Source of the DNA: the human T2T-CHM13v2.0 reference genome, Homo sapiens
DNA: 64,000 bases
Strand: one strand, 5' to 3'
Assembly (NCBI RefSeq): GCF_009914755.1
Contig: NC_060930.1
This document shows, piece by piece, positions 49,894-64,000 of this stretch. The translations under genes and the position numbers were made by a program. The notes under the pieces are model-generated. The model did no database searches, had not been told where the DNA came from, and worked only from the letters and a program-made list of their open reading frames with translations. Every line of letters begins with the position of its first letter. Position 1 is the first letter of the stretch.

Positions 49894-50879
49894 AAAGTGG
49901 AGGAGAGCCTGGGTAGGAGGGAGATTCAGGGAAAGGAAATCAAAACAATCCTGGAAACTCCCCTAATGTTCAAGGATCTCAAAGCACATGACCACGGAGG
50001 GTTGGTAGGTGAGGAATGAAGGGAGATTTTCCTGTGAATCATGTATTTCCTTGTTATCACAACAACCCTTCCTGTCAGCGGCAACAGTACGTTCAGGGTG
50101 GAGTTGAAGAACCATGTCCCGTACATGAGAGAAGCCAGCTTAGTCATGAAAGAACAGTTCCAACTGTTTAGTACAGCAAAGAACATTCTGGAAGAAAATA
50201 GAATATAGCATGTCCAGAGTTGGCCAAAAGATCTTTGAAGAAGTTTTAAAATTTGATATTCAAATAATTCCTGCTTTTTGTAAAAACAAAGCCTACTTAT
50301 TAATCTCTTGTAGAGCTATATTACACAAATGCCAGTATATTAAGTACAAAAGCAGGTGTAAACCAAATACAAAGCATCTCTGCTGCCCTGAAAGAATTTA
50401 GACTTTTTCATGGGTTGTGTGGGAGCTGATGGAGAACTGAGGTTTGATGACTTGAGCAGACCCCATTGAAACTCACTGCACCTAACTTCCTCTCTGCAGC
50501 CCCCACTGAATGAGGGTCTATGAAAAGCTATGCCCCTCAGCCTGTCCACTCAACTTGCTGGTCCTCCAGTTTGCTTCCTTAACAGAGTAGGATGTGATAG
50601 TTCAGCCATCGCTACACACAGCCAGCCTTAAATGCATTTGCCTGCCTTGATGACAAAATGATGCTGGGAGGTCTTCTTTGTCCAAAAATGTTGGTCCTTG
50701 ACCTGTTCCGGGTTTGAGGCACTACAATTAGAGAATTCTTCCTGCATATGCAGCGTGATGAAGCAGAAAAAGCTTGGACTCAGATGTCAGCAGACTTGAG
50801 TTCAAATCTCAGCTCTTCCACTGACCATGTCACTTCATTTGCAAACCTCTGCCTCCATATCAGTTAAAAGGGGACACAT

Positions 50880-51545
<666 letters not shown>

Positions 51546-52029
51546 TTATTTTCCCTCCTTACTTTTCAGAGTGTAATAGTGTAAATACTCCAGAGTTGAG
51601 TAACAGCTTCAGCGCTTACCATCTGGGAAATTGGATGCCTCTGTGGTGAAATTAATTAACTTTCGGCTTTTATCCAGAATATTGGTGGTCTTTAACCACT
51701 GAAGGATGGAATGCTTTTGGCAAAGGTTTCTCTCTTAAGATTTTTTGCTTGCTCTCATAATCTCACTTATTTAGACCATCCTGGAGAGTAAGGACTATAT
51801 CTTATTTATTTTTGTATTTCTTATGCCTGGCATAGAAAGTAATCGATAAATGTCTCTTACATGAATGAACAAATAAATGAATAAATTCTCCAGGGAGAGC
51901 AGAACAAGAGAGGTGATGATGGGTAGAAGGAGAAAGTACCCCAGGACTAAGAAGAGGGAAGGTGAGAGGGCCCCAAAGCAAAACAAAACAATGTTTTTGC
52001 CTAATTTGTAACTTTCTCCAGAATCAGAA

Positions 52030-52055
52030 CTGCTGCTGCTGCTGCTGCTGCTGCT
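52030..52055. repeat. (CTG)8
   Basis: Direct read. Confidence 0.97.
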
Positions 52056-52078
52056 TTAGAAAGTAGATAAATTGTCTA

Positions 52079-52793
52079 GGCCTGGTGGCTCACACCTTGT
52101 GATGGTTAATACTGATTGTCAACTTGATTGGACTGAAGGATGCAAAATATTGATCCTGGCTGTGTCTGTGGGAGTGTTGCCAAAAGAGATTAACATTTGA
52201 GTCAGTGGGCTGAGGAAGGCAGACCCACCCTTAATCTGGTGGGCACCATCTAATCAGCTGCCAGCAAATATAAAGCAGGCAGAAAAACGTGAAAAGGAGA
52301 GACTGGCCTAGCCTCCCAGCCTACATCTTTCTCCCGTGCTGGACGCTTCCTGCCCTTGAACATCAGACTCCAAGTACTCCGGTTTTGGGACTCGAACTGG
52401 CTCCCCTTGCTCCTCAAGCTTGCAGACGGCCTATTGTGGGATCGTGTGATCCTGTAAGTTAATACTTAACAGCCTCCCCTTTATGTATAGAGAGATAGAT
52501 CCTATTAGTTGCATCACCTTAGAGAACCCTGACTAATACACACCTATAATCCCAATACTTTGGGAGGCTGAGGTGGGAGAATCACTTGAGCCCAGGAGAC
52601 CAGCTTGAGCAGCACAGTGAGATCCCATCAAAAAAACTGAAAAATTAGCCAGGCATGGTGGTGTGTGCCTGTAGTCCCAGCTACTCAGGAGGCTGAGGCG
52701 GGAGCTGTCTTGAACCCAGGAGGTTGAAGCTGCAGTGAGCTATGATTCACTCCAGCCTGGGCACCAGAGTGAGACCCTGTCTCCAAAAAAAAA
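52079..52793 (+). mobile_element. AluJ interrupted by MLT2A1
   Basis: Alu 5' end 52079-52097 resumes at 52541. Confidence 0.9.
52098..52540 (+). mobile_element. MLT2A1 (HERV-L) solo LTR
   Basis: tgtgatggttaatactg...gactaataca, 443 bp, perfect TSD CACCT. Confidence 0.92.
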
Positions 52794-52841
52794 TTTTAAA
52801 ACTAGATAAATATTCCTCATTCCCCACAGGCACAGGCACAG

Positions 52842-52876
<35 letters not shown>
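52842..52876. repeat. (TGA)11
   Basis: Direct read. Confidence 0.97.
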
Positions 52877-53199
52877 GTGATAATTCTGTGGAATAGGATT
52901 TAAAAAACTACCTTTTCTTAAAGTGGCTACAGCCCTTTTTGCAACTATCTTTCTACTACTTTTAGGAAGGCAGCTGCAATTTGTTTCAGTCTCTTGACTA
53001 CATTAAGCATGTAACAGATAGGACTTTCACGCAAATATTGTCTCATGAAAAACTGGGATGAGGGCCTGAAGGGGGTGTGCAGGGCACTTCTCTGTCTCCA
53101 TGAACTTACCAAATGCCCCTGGAGTGCTGTGCTGGTCCATACAACTATCCAGCCTGGGTGGTACCCTACGCTCAGTGCATACGCTTTGTTCTATTACTT

Positions 53200-54570
<1,371 letters not shown>

Positions 54571-54659
54571 CAAAACACATAAGTCTAATAAAATAGAAAA
54601 TAAACATGTCTAGGTGGATGCTTCCTCAACAAGACACTGTCCAGCTCAACCAACAAGCC

Positions 54660-55460
54660 AAGATCAGCCTTCATAGGAAAACACTAAAAGGATTTCTGCT
54701 GAAAACAGGAAAAAAGACAAGGTTGTCCTTTACCATCATTTTTTTTTTTTTTTTGAGATGGAGACTCACTCTATCGCCCAGGCTGGAGTCCAGTGGCCCG
54801 ATCTCAGCCCACTGCAACCTTCCGCCTCCCGGGTTCAAGCGATTCTATTGCTTCAGCCTCCTGAGTAGCTGGGATTACCGGCACGCGCCACCATGCCTGG
54901 CTAATTTTTGGATTTTTAGTAGAGATGGGGTTTTACCAGGTTGGTCAAACTGGTCTCAAACTCCTGACCCTGTGATCCACCTGCCTCGGCCTCCCACAGT
55001 GCTGGGATTACAGGCGTGAGCCACCGCACCTGGCCGTACCACCGTTTTTATTTAGCGCAGTATTAGAGGCACTAGATAGTACAACTAGACAAGAGAAAAA
55101 CATAATGGTTATAAAAATTTGAATGGCAGATATAAAAGTATCACTATTTGAAGATTAAATGATTCTTGGCCCATAAAACCCAAGTAAATTAACTAAAAAG
55201 TTATTTCAAATAAGAGAAGGCCATAGGGTTGATTAGATATAAAAATTAACATGCAGAAATCAAGTCTTTATTTATATAGGCAATAATCATTTAGAAGATG
55301 CAATAAAAAAGTTGTTTTACTTAAAATAAACAAAAATAAAACACTTAGGAATTAAAGATGAAATGTGTAACACCTATATGAAGAAAATCTTAAAACACTA
55401 AGATATTTGAAAACAGATTACAAATAGAAAGGCAGACTATGTTCGTGGGAAGGAAGATTA
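54660..55460 (+). mobile_element. Old L1M ORF2 fragment with Alu (54739-55035 -)
   Basis: aaaacaggaaaaagacaagg..tcactatttgaagat RT-region remnants. Confidence 0.65.
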
Positions 55461-55598
55461 GAGAACACACACACACAATCATAATTCTCTACTAAAGAGG
55501 TTCAAGAGAAATTGACATGATTCTGCCAGTGCTGGAGACACTGAGACTTTAAAGTCCCTACCAACTAGCTGGACATGAATGGCAATAATAGAGTCAAT

Positions 55599-55915
<317 letters not shown>

Positions 55916-56149
55916 AATAGTAATAGAGTGAAAGACATGCGCCCTCCATCCTATGGCTGCAGGGCCTCAGTCTGATGGAAGAATTGCAAAGCACAGGCCT
56001 CGACATCAGTCTGGCTGACTTTGTATGATAAAAAAGGAATGTACAACAGTCCCAGGGTCGATCTCTGCACCACCGGTAAATCCAGTAAAGTGAAAGGAAT
56101 GTAGGGAGGAAAGATGGAGTCGTGGAAGCAAAGGAGATAAATTCTAATT

Positions 56150-56300
56150 CCAACATCTCACTTAGAAATTGTTGAGTTGACTTTTTCTCTGAGCCTCAGT
56201 TTCCTTATCTGTAAAACAAAGGTTAAAAATGCCTGCTGCTTACTTCACAGGGCTGTAGTGAGGATAAAAATTGAAATGTGAAGTTCTTTGGAACTTTAAA
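56150..56300. mobile_element. MIR
   Basis: ctctgagcctcagtttccttatctgtaaaa core. Confidence 0.8.
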
Positions 56301-57044
56301 ACTATTTATTATATTTATTATTATTATAGTTTATTATACAAACAAAAGCAACCCATGTTTACTTCATGTTTAATTGGATATTATTAATCATGAGGGCTTC
56401 CACTGTGCCTCCGCCTCCTAATACCCACCAATAAATCCTACTTCCTGTCCACTTAAAAAAATAAAAATAAACGTATTCCTCAGCTTTATTTCTTAAGGAA
56501 CCTCAAGGAATAGACTTTCTCTGGAGCAAACCATTCCCAGCTTCTTAACCAACCACCAGCGGTGGTTTCAAGTAATTACCCAGAAATATTGGCTTCCATC
56601 CTCTTCTTCCTCTCTTATTGCCTCCTTCCCTACCTTGCAAAATGCAAAATTGTGTATAGAAACATGAGTGTGAAACATCTTGAAACCACTCATTTATATA
56701 AACTATATATGTTCTTGACTCCCCACTTGGGGAAGAGCTGCCTGGCCAGCACCAGAGTGTGACATGAGTGAGAAACGGATTTCAGTGTTTAATTGATTTC
56801 CACAACATAGTCTATCCCGTCCTGCCTCCTACTTGAGGCTTATAAGTGAAGTGGTGGTCAGAGAAAGGAATTACAGAGTTCAAGATCTTGTCAAGTATGA
56901 CCACATCTACAGGTTGTTGATGTGGAATGGAGATAAAGAGAATTCTATGAGAAGTGGGAAGTTTTTTTAATAACTGAGGCCGTTATTAAAGGTCTATGCA
57001 ACAAATTTCTAGATAAATGCCCATTCTCACATAAAGAGTAGATG

Positions 57045-57395
<351 letters not shown>

Positions 57396-57473
57396 TCAGT
57401 ATATAAAATCTTTTCTTTGGAAGGCTATTGATGACACCTCAGATGCCATGCTGAGAGCATGGCAAAACAATGA

Positions 57474-57875
<402 letters not shown>

Positions 57876-58867
57876 CTATGCTGCCCCTATCGCCCCCACA
57901 TGGCTCAGAGAAAGCGTTAGCAATAAACACTTTTATTTATAATGAGGAACAGATGAAATATGGAAGGAAATGATGGCATGACTGGATTTCCTGAAAGGTA
58001 CATTAACAAAGTAATAAAACACAAGATACCCTTATAAACAGCACTAGTAAGTTTTACATAAATGCCTCCCATGACCTTTTGTGCTTTTGAGCTATTTCAG
58101 TTACAGTAACATCAGAGAAGGTGGCCAAAACCATTTACTATAAATTCAAACATTTTCCTATTCATGTAAATCAATGCATAAAAATCAAAGCATACTTCAT
58201 ATTCATACATACTCAGAAATGCTACACACAGACACACACAGAGAAAAAAACATATATGCCCTTGTGATCTCATTTGTTTTATAAAATGTGATATTAAGAG
58301 TACCAGCAAATACATATAGTCTAGGGAAGGAAGGAGCAGACTTCATTAGGCAGTTAGGAAATGTAAATCCCCAAATTGTCATTCCTAAGCCATGCAAGTT
58401 GGAATAACTTCACCAAAATTTGTCCTAAATAATTAATAAGTCAAACATGTTTTTCCTTAAAAGCTGAGGATTGTGCAGTATTAAATAACCATTTTATTAC
58501 TATTAAAATTCATGGACCCCTCTAGTATATTTAAAATTTTTAATCCTAAATTGTTTAACTCTTAGAAATAAGGGAAATAATATTATTCTATCCTGCATTC
58601 TCAAAAAAATTTTTCTTCATCTCACTTTGGTGACCTGATTGCTATCAAGGAAAGCAATTTCCTTTAACATTTTATTCCACTGCAAAAAGCTTTTCCTGTA
58701 CTTTATCTTGAATATGTATCATGGTGTTGCCCCAATACCCATGTGGGAATTGCTGGCGGGCAAGACCTCTTTTCTAGAAAAGAGGAAGAGAATGAATGTT
58801 TTAGGAACTTGGGCCTTAATGAAGAAAACACATCAGAATAACATGAAAAGCCATTTCAAAATATAGG

Positions 58868-59295
58868 TGTTCCATGAAAGAGCCACATATGCAAAGCAAA
58901 TCCCCATGCAGAAAGAGCCGAGAAACCAAAGAATGAGGCAACAAATTCAGTTTGTCATTATAGGCTGATTTTATTGGGGAATTTACAGACAGATGCATGG
59001 TCTTGGATGGCCGCAAGATAGGTAGATCTCTGCACTGTTACCCTCCAACCCAAGGGCTCTTGTACCATTGGGAAAAGGAATAATGTTTCAGAGGGAATGT
59101 GCAGGAATTTGTTTAAGAGCAGGATTTACAGTAAATATGAGTTCCTACCTAAGGGTAGGATTTATGCAAAGTACATGTTCTTCAACAAGAAACAATAGAT
59201 AAACTGGAAATATCAGAAGCATTCCTAGAACAGGAGTTCATCAAAAGCAAACATGGCGGATCAGCTTCCAAGATGAAGTTACTTTGGCTTCGACA
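58868..59295 (-). mobile_element. ERVL solo LTR, LTR47 family
   Basis: Minus strand reads tgtcgaagccaaagtaacttcatcttggaagc...catggaaca; perfect TSD ATAGG. Confidence 0.85.
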
Positions 59296-59990
59296 ATAGG
59301 TCTGGGGCTCATCCCCCAAGATTCTAATTCCCTACAAATGTTATTGGTGGTCACGTGCTTATTTTTCACAATGGCTGTCAGAACACTAGGGGCTAGGTTT
59401 GCTCCCCCTCCCCGAGTCAGGTGTGTACGAGCAGTGGCCCAGCACATGGCTGGTATGCTAACATCACTCCTGGCTCGCCTTACCTTCCTTCCCATATTTT
59501 CCATTTGCCTATTTTCTTACTTATTTTCAGTTTATCTTGCTAAATTGGGTGCATCTTTAGAAGCAGCCTTGAATTCTTTTTTACAATGCGGAGAATAAGT
59601 CAATGAGTAAATAATAATGAGACAGGACAGATTTTTCAATAAGGGAATGTTCTATCCTTTCCAGGACCTTTTTCTCTCCCTGCAGAATCCCAGTGCTGTG
59701 CTATTCTCTCCTTACCTCATCAACCCTAGTCTCAAATCCATCTTTTACACTCAGAATAAAATTAAATCAATGTGTTACCATTCTGAGAGATATTTGCCTT
59801 TTCTCTAATAGCAAAATAAGATGTACTACTTCTTAAAACAAGTTCAGATATCAAGGAAGCAGGCAAAAGTAGAGGAAGTAATCACAGACAACAGTCTTCC
59901 CAATACTGCAAAAATTATACCACTCATCTAGGATTATTTCTGCTTGGGACATTTTAAAGGAAAGTTGGATGGTTTCAATAACAATTTTAA

Positions 59991-60311
<321 letters not shown>

Positions 60312-60666
60312 AATTTATTGCTCTGTTGATAGATTTCTATGAGTCATGTGAATAACCAAATTAATAAAGATGATGAAGAAAGGGATTACTGTGAGAAAAT
60401 TGAAAGATGATTTGGAGAGAGATAAGTAGGCCCTGACTGGCATTTATGTAGAAGGGAGACAGAAGAGATCCAAAATGTTAATGGAGAAAAGGTTAAACAA
60501 GAATATTTTGACTATTGTTAGTCTAGACTGAGAGATTGAGGGTGAACTTTAAATCACAGGGCCATACACATAAAAGTGGGCGTTGCTATGGGAGTTGCTC
60601 TGCATTTTGGAGAGAATTTTGCCCTCTTTGTTTGGATTCCCCTGTGTGGACTCCGTATCAAGGCTG

Positions 60667-60805
60667 CTGTTAAGGGTCAAATTGTGTCTCCCCAAAAAGA
60701 TATGTTGAAACTCTAACTTCCAGCACATACAAACATGGACTTATTTAGATTACAGATATAATCAAGTTAAAATGAGGTCCTACTGGATTGCGGGGCCCTA
60801 CTCCA
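60667..60805 (+). mobile_element. MLT1 5' fragment
   Basis: aattgtgtctccccaaaaagatatgttgaa. Confidence 0.7.
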
Positions 60806-60911
60806 GTGTAAAAGGGGTTTCCTAGGGTTATTCAGTGCACAACCTGTACAGCAGAATGAGGCAGCCCTGGGAGGAATATTGCAAATGCTCAAGTGAGGTA
60901 TTGTCGGCAGT

Positions 60912-61225
<314 letters not shown>

Positions 61226-61818
61226 GTTGGCAGTATTTAAAGGAAAGAAGCTGGGGTTCTTGTTTAAAAGAAAAGGATGACCCTTCCCGGAGAGAATATA
61301 AAATATGGATGGCTTAGTTTGTATCATTCAGGCCACTGACCTAAGATGACTGTTAATAATTATTTATGAGACATACACATATATTTGTACGTTTATACAT
61401 ATACCTAATAAATCTATATATGTGTAAATTCTTTTTCACAATGACTATCAGAACATTGGGAGCCAGGTTCTGATATATATTGATTGGATTATTCAATAAA
61501 ATAAAATTGTTTTATGGTACAAACTTTTCTTATGGTTAATTGTTTTCCTTTGTAGGTACATATTTTAGTTTATTGAAACTAGAGTTAAATTAACTTTTAT
61601 AAGAGACAAGGGTGGAAGTGGAGATTTGGGAAAAGGCAAAAAAATAAATAAGAGAGAGAGATAACTTGCTATAAATAACCCTGCCAAGAAAGGAAATGAG
61701 ATTTCAGAAATATGCTGCATGTGGTATAAAATCCAGGATTTTTTTTAAAAAGAGGGCATTGTTCACAGGAGTATTAAAGTGATCATTTTTTTATACTTCA
61801 AAAGTATTTAAGACCTAA

Positions 61819-62177
<359 letters not shown>

Positions 62178-62652
62178 CACACCTGCATTTCTAAAACAGC
62201 ACATCCATGGCCAGACCTCCTACAACCTACACCTTCAGTTATTTTCTGCCCCCCAGGACAGGGTGGGGAGGTCATAAATTTACCCACTATTTCCCAAAAG
62301 ATTAGATATTTCACAGATTAAATGGTTTATGATCCCAAAAGTTTAGGATTAAAACAAAATTCTCATAAAAGAAAGGTATAGGTAAAAGAGGAAGAAGAGA
62401 TGGAGTGGGAGATACCGCAAACTGGAAGCCCTGGAGTCTGATGTTATTTCTGGTTCTCTTGGAGAATAAACCCCATGGTAACCTACGAGTCTCCTTGTGA
62501 GGCTTTAACCAGGACTCGGCAGAAAGAACCAGGACTCCATATCGAGGGTGTCCAGCCCCAAATTCAGTTCTATGGAGCTAATAGTAAGTATAAGGTCTGA
62601 AAGGAGAGTCATTAAGCACCTTCTATACACCAGACATTAAAAATCAAAACTC

Positions 62653-63352
<700 letters not shown>

Positions 63353-63890
63353 CTAAAGTAGAGCACGTCTTTCCCTTCGGGAGTTAAATTACATGCCATA
63401 TTACATTTTACATTTAACTCCCTTTGGGAGTTAAATTATATGCCCTTGGGCAATACCAAACCTCTGCTGGCCTCATATATAAAATGAGGATTGTTAATAA
63501 CCTCATCTCAAAGATAAAGTTCCTGGGGAAGACGGTAGGTTTCCCTTAAAGGTTAGCCTTCCTCTCCCACTTCGCGATGTGATTTGAGGATGCCTTCCTG
63601 ACCCCAAAAGCCTCTCTGTGACTACTACCACCTCATGGTAGTGTACTTAACAATGGATTTAGATTGTTGGATGTGAAAAAACAAGATCATGTTGAAAATA
63701 TTGTTATAATAACGTAAAATCTGATTATATTCATTTAGTCTCTATTAGAAGACTTGCTACTAATTTGTTTATTTATTTTCCACTCCTGATTATTATTTGG
63801 TGCTTCATTTTTTTTATTGTGGTAAAATATACATAACACAAAACTTTCTATTTTAAATGTACAGTGCAGTGGCATTAAGCACAATCACAA

Positions 63891-64000
63891 GGCCAGGCGT
63901 GGTGGCTCACGCCTGTAATCCCAGCACTATGGGAGGCTGGGGCAGGCATTCGGGAGTTCACTTGAGGTTGAGTTCAAGACCAGCCTGATCAACACGGAGA
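63891..64000 (+). mobile_element. Alu 5' part, cut off by the window end
   Basis: ggccaggcgtggtggctcacgcctgtaatccc. Confidence 0.93.

Noticed and set aside
52030-52055. (CTG)8 as a polyQ or expansion locus
   Set aside because: Short and not in any credible coding frame.

Overview
Primate (most likely human) non-coding genomic DNA. It is AT-rich and CpG-depleted, with no CpG island and about 45 Alu copies including AluY-type. It also holds old L1/L2/MIR fragments, solo LTRs (MER90/110-like, LTR16, MSTB, THE1 x2, MLT1A/MLT1A0/MLT1B-C, MER68, LTR78, MLT2A1, LTR47) and DNA-transposon fossils (MARNA, Charlie, Tigger3b, Tigger1). I recognise no intact protein-coding gene; the ORF track is explained by Alu/L1/LTR sequence or by chance. 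The only protein homology I recognise is a disabled processed RPL31 pseudogene (minus strand, ~1548-1994). Three things deserve follow-up. (1) A compact cluster at ~15.05-15.40 kb combines NF-kB sites, a near-perfect GRE, an IRF element and a leftward TATA box, and a run of well-formed minus-strand candidate exons lies around it (possible inducible lncRNA or 5'UTR, unverified). (2) Three 160-270 bp segments appear to be local copies of sequence 1.2-3 kb away, two direct and one inverted, and several small duplications carry templated-junction signatures. (3) There are informative TE nestings. I could not identify the locus. Repeat family names come from my recall of consensus sequences, identities are by-eye counts, and boundaries are approximate.
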